From NCBI GenBank assembly GCA_963678505.2, contig CAXXFP010000002.1, positions 21,322-85,321 of the forward strand: a stretch of 64,000 nucleotides of DNA, in the 5' to 3' direction. This DNA comes from Oscillospiraceae bacterium (GTDB taxonomy: Bacteria > Bacillota > Clostridia > Oscillospirales > JAVBQB01). The notes beneath the pieces are model-generated. The model ran no database searches and was not told the DNA's origin. It saw nothing but the letters and a program-made list of their open reading frames with translations. Both the position numbers and the translations under genes were made by a program. Of the stretch, positions 34,150 through 43,659 are shown one piece after another; within the stretch, counting starts at the first letter, position 1, and each line of letters starts with the position of its first letter.

Positions 34150-35055
34150 TTATAAAATCGCGTCCACGAATGCACGAGGGTCAAAGGGCATCAGGTCGTC
34201 GATCCCCTCGCCCACGCCCACGAATTTCACCGGTATTTTGAGCGTGTCGGCAACAGCAAACACGATCCCGCCCTTGGCCGTGCCGTCGAGCTTTGTCAGC
34301 ACAATGCCGTTTACATCGGCAGTCTCTTGAAACTGCCGGGCCTGATTGAGTCCGTTCTGCCCGGTGGTCGCGTCAAGCACCATGAGGGTCTCGCGGCTGG
34401 CGCCGGGAAGCTCCCGGTCGATGACGCGGCTGATCTTATTAAGCTCGTTCATCAGGTTTTGCTTGTTGTGCAGCCTGCCTGCGGTGTCGCAGATGACAAC
34501 GTCGCAGCGCCGGGCTTTTGCCGCAGACAGTGCGTCAAATACCACCGCGGCGGGGTCGGCGCCTTCGTCCTGCCGCACAAGCTCCACCTGCGCACGGTCA
34601 GCCCATATTTCCAGCTGGTCGGCCGCGGCGGCCCGAAACGTGTCCGCGGCGCACAGCAGCACGCGCTTGCCCTGCTTTTGCAGGATGTTTGCCAGCTTCC
34701 CGATCGTGGTGGTTTTCCCCACGCCGTTTACGCCGACGACCAGTATGACGGCAGGTGTGGTATCCAACCTGAGTGTGCCCGGATATTTGGAAAGAATGTC
34801 GATTAAGATTTCTTTAAGCGCGTCCTTTGCCTGGTCCGGCTGCTTGATTTTTTGCTCCTTGACCCTGTCGCGCAGCAATTTGGTTACATTCAGAGAGGTC
34901 TCCACGCCCAGATCGGCCGAAATAAGCGTCTCCTCAAGCTGGTCGTAAAATTCGTCGTCAAGCCGCCCGGCGCCCGAAAAAAGCTCTTCAAACTGCCCGG
35001 TTACAGCCTTTCTTGTTTTATCAAGCCCATTGCGAAGCTTATCAAATAGTCCCAT
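34150..35055 (-). CDS. ftsY: Signal recognition particle receptor FtsY
   Basis: NG domain: VVGVNGVGKTTTIGKLA, DTAGRLHNK, TKLDGTAKGG. Confidence 0.95.
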   Translation of the reverse strand: MGLFDKLRNGLDKTRKAVTGQFEELFSGAGRLDDEFYDQLEETLISADLGVETSLNVTKLLRDRVKEQKIKQPDQAKDALKEILIDILSKYPGTLRLDTTPAVILVVGVNGVGKTTTIGKLANILQKQGKRVLLCAADTFRAAAADQLEIWADRAQVELVRQDEGADPAAVVFDALSAAKARRCDVVICDTAGRLHNKQNLMNELNKISRVIDRELPGASRETLMVLDATTGQNGLNQARQFQETADVNGIVLTKLDGTAKGGIVFAVADTLKIPVKFVGVGEGIDDLMPFDPRAFVDAIL

Positions 35056-35197
35056 CCCGTGTTTCCCGCCGTTTCTCCGCGCCGCTTAAATTAATCCGCA
35101 TCCCGTCATGCCGCGCGGAAAATGACAGGCGGTTCATCGCCCGGCCGTGCCGAAATCCGGACGCGGGGGGCGATGGGAATATTTTTAAAAGTCCCGT

Positions 35198-38100
35198 TTA
35201 CCTGAGCTTAATATGCAGCTGCTGCTCCACCTCATTTAGGTGTAACGCCAGCAGCTTGGATATCCCCTGCTCCTGCATCGTCACCCCGTAGAGCATATCG
35301 GCCTCGTCCATCGTGCCGCGCCTGTGGGTGATAACAATAAACTGGGTATTGCAGGTCAGCCTGCGCAAATAGGCGGCAAACCGCGAAACGTTCACGTCGT
35401 CGAGCGCCGCCTCGATTTCGTCAAGCACGCAAAACGGCGCGGGGCGCACTTTAAGTATGGCAAAGTAGAGCGCGATGGCCACAAACGCTTTTTCCCCGCC
35501 GGACAGCAGCGTGATGGTTTTGAGCTGTTTTCCCGGCGGCTGCACGGCGATTTCAATGCCGCAGTTTAAAATATCCGACTCATCCTCCAGATTTAACTGT
35601 GCGCGCCCGCCGCCGAATATCTCGACGAAGGTCTGAGAAAAGCTCTCGTTGATCACCTTAAACTGCTGTGCGAAAATATCGCGCATGTGCGTTGTGATCT
35701 CCTTTATGATATCCTCAAGCTCGCCTTTTGCTTTTTGTACGTCATCGCGCTGTCCGGTAAGGTATTCATAGCGCACGAAAACGCGGTCATACTCCTCGAT
35801 GGCGCCGACGTTGACGCTTCCGAGCGCGCTTATATCCTTTTTTAGCTCCGCGATGCGCCGGTTGGCCTGCTGGAGCCCTTCAATCGGCGTTCTCGCCGAA
35901 AGCGCGGCGCTGTAGCTTAAGCTGTACTGCTCCCACATGCGGTCGAGCAGACGTTTTTCCTCCAGCTCGTCCTTTTGCTTTTGCTGCTCGAGGCGGCCGC
36001 GTTCACGCTCGAGATTGAGCTGTTCGCGGTTTTTATCCTGCGTTTCCCGCTCGGCCGCGGTACGCGCGGCCTCGAGACCGAGCCGCTCACGGCTGATATC
36101 CTGTATATTCTGCCGTTTGGCCTGACAACATGCGTGCAGCGCTTCAAGCCGCGTCTTTTTTTCCAGCATTTCCGCTTCGGCGGCTTTGTTTTTTTCCAGG
36201 TACTGGTCTATACGCGCAAGCTTGACCGCCTGATCTCCCGACAGCTCCTGCCGCAGCGCCTCAAGCTCGACCATGGATTTTCCCACCGTCTCCCGCTCGG
36301 CGTCGAGCGCGGCCGCGCGCATGTTCAGTTCGTTGATCTGCGCGGTATAGCCGCTGCCTTGCTCCTGCATGCCGCTCTGATTGAGCATAAGCGCCTCGGC
36401 CTGTGCATTAAGCTCCTGCCTGCGCGCGGTGCTGTCGCGCTGCTGCGCTTCAAGACGCGCCATGCTCTGCGCGTTTTGCTCCAGCCGCCCGGCAATAGCC
36501 ATCTGCTCGCTTTCAAGCGCCGCGACGTCCGCGTGCGCGCTTTCACACATCGTTTTCCGGTGCTGCGCGTCCATCTCCAGCCGGATCGCGTCGTCCTCGG
36601 CCTGGCGCTTTTCACCGGAAGCGGCTTCAAGCTCGAAGGAGACTGCCGCGGCCTCCCGCTCCGCCTCGCGCTGCTCCTTATCCGCCGCCGTCAAAGAAGT
36701 CTCTAGCTGCGAAGACTTGTCCCTTAAACGCTCAATTTCATTTTTTCTTGAAAGGATTCCCACGCTGCGCACCGCGCTGCCGCCGGTCATGGAGCCGCCG
36801 GCGTTGATGACTTGCCCGTCGAGCGTTACAATTCGAAAACGGTAGCTGTATTTTCTGGCGACGCGGATGGCCGCGTCCATATCCTCAATGATGACCACGC
36901 GGCCGAGCAGGCTGCGGATGATATCCCCGTATCTGTCCTCGGTTCGCACAAGCCGGGATGCAATGCCCTGCACGCCCGGCTCGTTTTCAAGTCCCTTTTC
37001 CGAAAGCTCCTGTCCGCGTATGGCAGACAGCGGCAAAAAAGTTGCGCGCCCGCCGTCACGGGTGCGCAGTAACCCAATGGCGGCCTTGCCGTCATCCTCG
37101 CTGTCCACGACGATATTCTGCACCGCGGCTCCCAGCGCCGTTTCGATGGAAACCGCGAACCGGTCCTCGGTTTTCATTAAGGCCGAGATCGGCCCATGTA
37201 TGTGTTTGAGCGCGCCGCGCGCGGACTCCTGCATGACGAGCTTGACCGCATTCGAGTAGCCCTGATACTCCTTTTCCATTTCGGAAAGCAGGTGAATGCG
37301 CGCCTCGAGCGCCTGTTTTTCACTTTTCAGACCGGCGCTGCGTTCGCGCGCCGCCTGCGCGCGTTTATTGCGCGCCTCTAAACGCAGGGTATAGCCGGAG
37401 ATAACGTTATTCACCGTTTGCTCGCGTTCCCGCGCCTGCTTGAGCTGCTCCTCGGACTGCTCAAGCTGGCGGCTCAGTCCGCTGAGCGTTTCCTGCTTCT
37501 CACTTAAATCATGGTCTACGATGCTGCGGCGGGCCTGAAGCTCGGCGTCAGACGCGATAATGGATGAAAGCTGCATCCCCGCCTGTGCCGCTGCGGCATC
37601 CTCCTGAGCAGCGGAAGCCCGCAGCGCGTCAATGCGCACGGAGGCGGCACGCGCTGACTCCAGCGCCTGCCGGGCCGAAGCGTACAGCTGTGAAAGCTCC
37701 TGCCCGAGCAGCGTGCGTTCCCCATCGATGCTTTCAATGCGCGCGCGGCGCTCCTCGATCTGTCCGGAAAGTCCGCCTGCGCGCCCCTCCTGGGTCTCAA
37801 GCTCAAGGCGGATGCTTTCAATATTTTCTTTATTGTGCAGGATTGTGTTTTCGAGCACTCTCAGCTCGCCCTCGCAAAGCGAGCTGTCCGACTCGTTTTG
37901 GGCAAGCTCGTTTCTTACGGCTTCCGCCAGCTCGTCCTTTTCGCGCATCTGCGCGCTGAGCTGCTCGGAGCGTGTGTACGCGCTGTCGAGCGCCGTCTTT
38001 GCCTGCTCGGACTGTTCGCACACCACCGCATAATCGTTTTCTGTTTTTTTTAGGCTTGCGTGCAGCTTGTCCAGCGCGTCAAGCCAGACATTGATCTCAA

Positions 38101-38773
38101 GCACGCGCAGCTCGTCGCGAAAAACCAGATACTGTCTGGCCTTTTGCGACTGTTCGCGCAGCGGCTCGACCTGAAGCTCAAGCTCGGAAATCTTATCGTT
38201 GATACGGATCAGATTCTCATCCGTCAGAGAAAGCTTACGTTCCGACTCCTCTTTGCGATGGCGGTATTTGGATATCCCCGCGGCTTCCTCAAAGATCTCG
38301 CGCCGATCGTCGCTTTTAAGGGACAAAATTTCATCGATACGCCCCTGCCCGATGATGGAATATCCGTCGCGCCCAAGCCCCGTATCCATAAAAAGCTCAT
38401 TGATGTCCTTTAATCGCGCGGTCTCGCGGTTTATGTAATATTCGCTCTCACCCGAGCGATAATAGCGGCGCGTGACCATGACCTCGCTGTTATTCATGGG
38501 CAGCGCCTTGTCGGAATTGTCGATCGTCAGGGAAACCTCGGCAAAGCCCACCGGCCCGCGCTTCTGCGTGCCGCCGAAAATGACATCCTCCATCTTCCCG
38601 CCGCGCAGCGTGCGGGTAGACTGCTCCCCAAGCACCCAGCGGATGGCGTCGGCAATGTTTGACTTGCCGCTTCCGTTGGGTCCGACGATGCCTGTTATTC
38701 CGCCCTCGAAAGAAAGGACGATTTTATCGGGAAAGGACTTAAAGCCCTGTACCTCAAGTGATTTTAAAAACAA
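35198..38773 (-). CDS. smc: Chromosome segregation protein SMC
   Basis: FLKSLEVQGFKSFPDK...GPNGSGKSNIADAIRWVLGEQS, long coiled coils, a hinge, and C-terminal LSGGEKAFVAIALYFAI...VLDEIEAALD. I prefer the TTG at 38771-38773. The upstream part of the track ORF is not SMC-like. Confidence 0.93.
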   Translation of the reverse strand: MFLKSLEVQGFKSFPDKIVLSFEGGITGIVGPNGSGKSNIADAIRWVLGEQSTRTLRGGKMEDVIFGGTQKRGPVGFAEVSLTIDNSDKALPMNNSEVMVTRRYYRSGESEYYINRETARLKDINELFMDTGLGRDGYSIIGQGRIDEILSLKSDDRREIFEEAAGISKYRHRKEESERKLSLTDENLIRINDKISELELQVEPLREQSQKARQYLVFRDELRVLEINVWLDALDKLHASLKKTENDYAVVCEQSEQAKTALDSAYTRSEQLSAQMREKDELAEAVRNELAQNESDSSLCEGELRVLENTILHNKENIESIRLELETQEGRAGGLSGQIEERRARIESIDGERTLLGQELSQLYASARQALESARAASVRIDALRASAAQEDAAAAQAGMQLSSIIASDAELQARRSIVDHDLSEKQETLSGLSRQLEQSEEQLKQAREREQTVNNVISGYTLRLEARNKRAQAARERSAGLKSEKQALEARIHLLSEMEKEYQGYSNAVKLVMQESARGALKHIHGPISALMKTEDRFAVSIETALGAAVQNIVVDSEDDGKAAIGLLRTRDGGRATFLPLSAIRGQELSEKGLENEPGVQGIASRLVRTEDRYGDIIRSLLGRVVIIEDMDAAIRVARKYSYRFRIVTLDGQVINAGGSMTGGSAVRSVGILSRKNEIERLRDKSSQLETSLTAADKEQREAEREAAAVSFELEAASGEKRQAEDDAIRLEMDAQHRKTMCESAHADVAALESEQMAIAGRLEQNAQSMARLEAQQRDSTARRQELNAQAEALMLNQSGMQEQGSGYTAQINELNMRAAALDAERETVGKSMVELEALRQELSGDQAVKLARIDQYLEKNKAAEAEMLEKKTRLEALHACCQAKRQNIQDISRERLGLEAARTAAERETQDKNREQLNLERERGRLEQQKQKDELEEKRLLDRMWEQYSLSYSAALSARTPIEGLQQANRRIAELKKDISALGSVNVGAIEEYDRVFVRYEYLTGQRDDVQKAKGELEDIIKEITTHMRDIFAQQFKVINESFSQTFVEIFGGGRAQLNLEDESDILNCGIEIAVQPPGKQLKTITLLSGGEKAFVAIALYFAILKVRPAPFCVLDEIEAALDDVNVSRFAAYLRRLTCNTQFIVITHRRGTMDEADMLYGVTMQEQGISKLLALHLNEVEQQLHIKLR

Positions 38774-38936
38774 CTTGGAAAGCCACTCCTTCTTCCAAAA
38801 CGGCACAAACGCAAAAAAATACAGTGGCCGGTCACGCATGCATTTTCCTGTCTTCAACATTCTACCAATTTACGGACAATAATGCAAGGTGAACGGCCGG
38901 AAAGCCGCGTAATTGTCTCTTTTTATGAAAATGGTT

Positions 38937-39938
38937 TTATAAAACGGCGACCGAACCGGGTTGCGCCTCAATCCCGCGGATTGTGAGCTTTTGAATGCCA
39001 AACTCCTCCATAAGCGCGCGCTTGTTGCTTCCATGCTGGCCTGCCATGAGAGAAACACAGGTGCTGTTTACAAGCAGCGTCACCTGTGCCTGTCCCTCAT
39101 GCCCTATAAGCTGTGCGCGGGCGCGCCGCAGATACAGCTGCCCGCGCGCAAGCTCGCCCAGCGCGGGGTGATATGCCCCGCAAAGCGCGCCCCCGCCGGA
39201 CAGCTCCTCGCTGGGGTTAAGCCCGACGCGAATGACCGGAATATCCGCCTGCTCAAATATTTCAAGAAGATCCGCGCACAGGCCGGCGGCCTCGTCCACC
39301 GAAATGGGGCGGTACTCCCCGGCACGCCAAAGCTCCGCCAGCGCGGTGTCCTCAATGACCACCACCGGGTAGATGCGCACGCCGTCGGGCGTGAGCGCTG
39401 CCAAACGCCGCGCGGTATCGCGCGCGCTGTCCTCACTCTGCCCGGGAAGCCCGCACATCATCTGCAAAATGAGCGTAAAACCATTCTCCCTGATAAGCTT
39501 TGAGGCACACAGCGTGTCCTGCGCCGTGTGCCCGCGTTTTGAAAGCGACAGTACGCGCTCATCCATGGACTGCGCGCCCAGCTCAATGGTTTCCACCTTA
39601 TATTCCCTCAGCTGCGCAAGGATTTCGGCGCTGATACAGTCGGGGCGCGTCGATATCCGCACGGACGCGATGCGCCCGGATTCGATATACGGCCTGACCG
39701 CTCCAAGCAGCCCGAGTCGGTAATCCTCGGCAATGGCCGTAAAGCTGCCGCCATAAAAAGCCGCCTGGACCATTTGTCCGGGCGGCACAATTTCAAGCCC
39801 CCGCTCGATGATGGCGCGCACTTCCTGTACGGAAGGGGGCTTTACAGTTGAGGCAATGCGGCGCTGATTGCAAAAAACGCAGTCGTGCGGGCAGCCTGCA
39901 TGGGGCACAAATATGGGAAGTATGGAAGACCTTGCCAT
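38937..39938 (-). CDS. Radical SAM protein (ELP3-like family, COG1243 type)
   Basis: IFVPHAGCPHDCVFCNQ CxxxCxxC motif. It sits between rnc and smc. Confidence 0.8.
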   Translation of the reverse strand: MARSSILPIFVPHAGCPHDCVFCNQRRIASTVKPPSVQEVRAIIERGLEIVPPGQMVQAAFYGGSFTAIAEDYRLGLLGAVRPYIESGRIASVRISTRPDCISAEILAQLREYKVETIELGAQSMDERVLSLSKRGHTAQDTLCASKLIRENGFTLILQMMCGLPGQSEDSARDTARRLAALTPDGVRIYPVVVIEDTALAELWRAGEYRPISVDEAAGLCADLLEIFEQADIPVIRVGLNPSEELSGGGALCGAYHPALGELARGQLYLRRARAQLIGHEGQAQVTLLVNSTCVSLMAGQHGSNKRALMEEFGIQKLTIRGIEAQPGSVAVL

Positions 39939-39944
39939 GATCCC

Positions 39945-40640
39945 TTAATCCTCCCAGCCGTACAGCAGCTTGAGCGCCTCATGCGCCGCCGCCTGCTCGG
40001 CCGCTTTTTTATTTTCTCCCTCGCCCTGCCCTGCCGCCTCTCCGTTGATGAGCACCTGAGAGATAAAGCGCTTGGCATGGTCGGGACCGCTTTCGCCGGC
40101 CATGCGGTAATACAGGGTGTTCTGCCGCTCCTTTTGCACAAGCTCCTGCAACGAGGTCTTATAATCCTTGAACGTCCCTGCAAGTCCGGCTTGCTCCGCG
40201 TCAAAAAGAAAATGTCTGATAAACGTGCGCGCCGCCTCATAGCCGCCGTCAAGATACAGCGCACCGATGAGCGCCTCGGTCGCATCGGCCAGAATGGAGG
40301 ACCGACCGCGGCCGCCCCCGTTCTGCTCGCCGCGGCCAAGCAGCAGATAGTCCCCAAGCCCGATACTGCGCGCCACGCCGCTGAGCGAGCTTTCACACAC
40401 AAGAGCGGCCCGCAAACGCGTCAGCTCGCCCTCGGGCAGGTCGGGATAAAGTTTAAACAGGTAGGTCGATATGACAAGCCCCAGCACTGAATCGCCGAGA
40501 AATTCCAGCCGTTCGTTATTATGTCTGGCCAGCGCGCGGTTTTCGTTGGAATATGAGCTGTGCGTCATCGCCGTTTCAAGCAGCTGCGCATCGCGAAAAA
40601 CGTATCCGGCCTTTTTCTGAAGCTTTTCAATATCCATCAT
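39945..40640 (-). CDS. rnc: Ribonuclease III
   Basis: NERLEFLGDSVLGLV signature plus a C-terminal dsRBD. Confidence 0.95.
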   Translation of the reverse strand: MMDIEKLQKKAGYVFRDAQLLETAMTHSSYSNENRALARHNNERLEFLGDSVLGLVISTYLFKLYPDLPEGELTRLRAALVCESSLSGVARSIGLGDYLLLGRGEQNGGGRGRSSILADATEALIGALYLDGGYEAARTFIRHFLFDAEQAGLAGTFKDYKTSLQELVQKERQNTLYYRMAGESGPDHAKRFISQVLINGEAAGQGEGENKKAAEQAAAHEALKLLYGWED

Positions 40641-40859
40641 TTGTTACTCCAATTTGCATAGTACACATCGCATTTTCGGTTTTGCGCGCGGCAGCACGGG
40701 CTGCGAAAACGCACCCAAATATTTGCGCCCCCATACGGGAGCGCAAATAAAGCTGCCGCTGTAAGCGGCATATAAACCGTTGTGCGGCATATCGTATTGA
40801 ACTGCCGCCAAGGCGCCTCAGGCTCAAACCACGGCCGGGGTGCCTTAACGCCGGTTGGT

Positions 40860-41099
40860 TTACAGGTCTGAAACCTTGCTGGAAATAAAGTTCACCACGT
40901 CGCCGACCGTTTGCAGCTTTTCAAGATCCTCATCGCCAAGCTCGCTTAAATCGAATTCCTCTTCAAGCGCCATGATAAGCTCCACAATGTCGAGAGAATC
41001 AGCCCCGAGATCTTCCTTAAAGGATGTGCTCATGGAAATATCCTTCACATCAACGCTGAACTGCTCGGAAATAAGCTCACAGATTTTTTCAAAAATCAA
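40860..41099 (-). CDS. acpP: Acyl carrier protein
   Basis: The [19 protein letters not shown] motif with the phosphopantetheine serine. TTG at 41097-41099, 8 nt after GGAGG. Confidence 0.9.
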   Translation of the reverse strand: MIFEKICELISEQFSVDVKDISMSTSFKEDLGADSLDIVELIMALEEEFDLSELGDEDLEKLQTVGDVVNFISSKVSDL

Positions 41100-41155
41100 A
41101 AGTATCACCTCCGGTAAATAAACCTAAAATAGTATATTACATATAACTCATTATG

Positions 41156-41184
41156 ATGATAGTATCAATTTCCATTTCTGTCAA
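41156..41184 (-). promoter_or_regulatory. Promoter for acpP (TTGACA-17-TATCAT)
   Basis: Minus-strand hexamers at 41179-41184 and 41156-41161. Confidence 0.5.
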
Positions 41185-41189
41185 TACCT

Positions 41190-42218
41190 TCATTGGCTGT
41201 TCTCGGGCGCTTTCATAAATTCGATATTTTTCGTGATTTCTTCGACAAACCCCGACTGCGCAAACAGCTTTGCCTGATAAATGGCGCTGCGGATGGAATA
41301 CGCGTCGGACGATCCGTGCGCTTTGATGACGGGTTTGGTGATGCCCAGCAACGGCGCGCCGCCAGTTTCCTTGTAGTCGAGCTTCTTTTTAAAGTCCATA
41401 AGCCCACCCTTCACGAGAAAGGCGGCAAACTTTGTTATCGCATTCTTTTTAAATACGCCTTTGACCACGTCGGTAAAAAACATCCCCACACCCTCCATGG
41501 TCTTGAGCATGATGTTTCCCGAAAAGCCGTCGGACACAATCACGTCGGCCTGCCCACAGGCTACGTCGCGGCCTTCCACGTTGCCGCAGAAGTTGATGCG
41601 CCCATCCGCGCCCGCCTGCTTTAAAAGCTGGTAGGCTGCTTTTTGCAGCGGCCCGCCCTTGGATTCCTCCGCGCCTATGTTCAGAAGCCCGACCCGGGGA
41701 TTTTCCTTTCCAAGCACGCGGGAGGCGTAGTAGGAGCCCATATACGCAAACTGAAGCATGTATTCGGGCGTGCATTCCACGTTCGCTCCGCAGTCAATGA
41801 GCAGCGCGCCGCCCTTGGCCGTGGGCAGGACGGGCGCAAGCGCCGCCCTCCGGATGCCCTTGATACGTTTTACGGTCAGCGTCGAGCCGGTCAGCAGGGC
41901 ACCCGTGCTGCCCGCGGACACCATGGCGTCCCCGTCGCCCTGACTGAGCATGCCCAGCGCAACGACCAGCGAGGAATCTTTTTTTTCGCGTATGGCCGAG
42001 GATGGGTTATCCTCCATTCCAATGACCTGCGAGGCGTGGGCAATCTCAATGCCGTGCGGGATCTCGCTGATGCCCTCGTCCTTCAAAACCTGTAAAATGC
42101 GCTCTACGGGCCCCACGAGTATGATTTCGACTCCGAATTCCTGAGCGGCGAGCAGTGCGCCCTTCACAATGGCCGACGGTGCGTTGTCCCCGCCCATTGC
42201 GTCAACGATTATCTTCAT
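41190..42218 (-). CDS. plsX: Phosphate acyltransferase PlsX
   Basis: MKIIVDAMGGDNAP...GNVEGRD...DGFSGNI... Confidence 0.95.
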   Translation of the reverse strand: MKIIVDAMGGDNAPSAIVKGALLAAQEFGVEIILVGPVERILQVLKDEGISEIPHGIEIAHASQVIGMEDNPSSAIREKKDSSLVVALGMLSQGDGDAMVSAGSTGALLTGSTLTVKRIKGIRRAALAPVLPTAKGGALLIDCGANVECTPEYMLQFAYMGSYYASRVLGKENPRVGLLNIGAEESKGGPLQKAAYQLLKQAGADGRINFCGNVEGRDVACGQADVIVSDGFSGNIMLKTMEGVGMFFTDVVKGVFKKNAITKFAAFLVKGGLMDFKKKLDYKETGGAPLLGITKPVIKAHGSSDAYSIRSAIYQAKLFAQSGFVEEITKNIEFMKAPENSQ

Positions 42219-42345
42219 GCGGCACCTCCAAATCTATTGCAAACACGAAAAAGCAGACGGCTTAATTTGGAAAGGCTCTTTCGCGGCGTGTGCAGGCAAG
42301 CCTGAATCTGTGCGAATATCATACAGTCGGCCGAATCGGGAAATT

Positions 42346-43659
42346 CTACTGCCGGATTTGTTCAAGCATTGCGTCCAGACAGCCAAGCGCCCGCGCGGAA
42401 ATGGCCGCATACCGCTCCTGCTTGGCCTTGATGCGCTCGTCAAGCGGCGGGATAATGCCGAAATTGATGTTCATAGGCTGAAAATTGCCCACGCCTGAAT
42501 CGCTGATGTAGCCGGCAAGCGCCCCGGTGGCGGTCAGCCTCGGAAATTCAAGCAGTTCCTGTCCGCGCAGCAAGCGCGCCATGGACAGACCTGCGAGATA
42601 GCCCGATGCGGTGGACTCGACGTAGCCCTCAACGCCGGTCATCTGGCCGGCGAAAAACACCCTCGGACTGGAGATACACTGATAAAAGCAGTTGAGCAGC
42701 CGGGGCGAATCGATATAGGTATTTCTGTGCATGACCCCGAAACGCAGAAACTCGGCGTTTTCAAGCGCGGGGATCATGGAAAACACACGTTTCTGCTCCC
42801 CGAAGGTCAAGTGGGTCTGAAATCCGACAATGTTGTAAACTGTACCTTCCCGGTTGTCACGGCGCAGCTGAACAACGGCGTAATAGCCCTTGCCCGTTTC
42901 CGGATGACGGATGCCGACGGGCTTGAGCGGCCCGTGGCGCAGCGTTTCCACGCCCCGGCGCGCCATGACCTCCACAGGCATGCAGCCTTCAAAAACGCGC
43001 GCGTCCTCAAAGCCGTGCATCTGCGCTTCCTGTGCGCCTGCAAGCTCGCCGACAAAACGTTCGTATTCTTCCTTTTCCATGGGGCAGTTGATATAATCGG
43101 CCGTGCCCTTTCCGTATCGGGATGCGAAAAAAGCGTTTCCCATGTCGATGCTGTCAAAGGCCACCAGCGGCGCGGCCGCGTCATAAAAGCTTAAATACTG
43201 CGCGCCGCCCAGAAAACGGTAGATATCCTGTGCAAGCCCGCCCGCGGTAAGCGGTCCTGTGGCCACGATGACCGGCCCGTCGTCAGGGATTTCACTGACC
43301 TGCTCAGAAACCACCTCGATCAGCGGATGCGCGCACACCCTTTGTGTCACCAGCGACGAAAAGCCGTGTCTGTCCACGGCAAGGGCGCCGCCCGCCTCCA
43401 CACGCGTCGCGTCCGCGCATGCAAGAATGAGCGAGTCCATACGCCGCAACTCCTCTTTGAGCAATCCCACGGCGTTAGCCAGACTGTCTCCGCGCAGGGA
43501 ATTGGAACACACAAGCTCGGCAAAGTCCGGGCTTTTATGCGCGGGAGAATAATCATTCGGCTTCATTTCAAAAAGACGCACCTGCACGCCCCTTTGCGCA
43601 AGCTGCCACGCAGCCTCGCACCCGGCAAGCCCGGCGCCGATCACTTTAACTTCATTCAC
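42346..43659 (-). CDS. trmFO: Methylenetetrahydrofolate--tRNA-(uracil-5-)-methyltransferase TrmFO
   Basis: VNEVKVIGAGLAGCEAAWQLA...FAGQMTGVEGYVESTASG. The GTG at 43657-43659 overlaps the topA stop codon by 8 nt. Confidence 0.92.
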   Translation of the reverse strand: MNEVKVIGAGLAGCEAAWQLAQRGVQVRLFEMKPNDYSPAHKSPDFAELVCSNSLRGDSLANAVGLLKEELRRMDSLILACADATRVEAGGALAVDRHGFSSLVTQRVCAHPLIEVVSEQVSEIPDDGPVIVATGPLTAGGLAQDIYRFLGGAQYLSFYDAAAPLVAFDSIDMGNAFFASRYGKGTADYINCPMEKEEYERFVGELAGAQEAQMHGFEDARVFEGCMPVEVMARRGVETLRHGPLKPVGIRHPETGKGYYAVVQLRRDNREGTVYNIVGFQTHLTFGEQKRVFSMIPALENAEFLRFGVMHRNTYIDSPRLLNCFYQCISSPRVFFAGQMTGVEGYVESTASGYLAGLSMARLLRGQELLEFPRLTATGALAGYISDSGVGNFQPMNINFGIIPPLDERIKAKQERYAAISARALGCLDAMLEQIRQ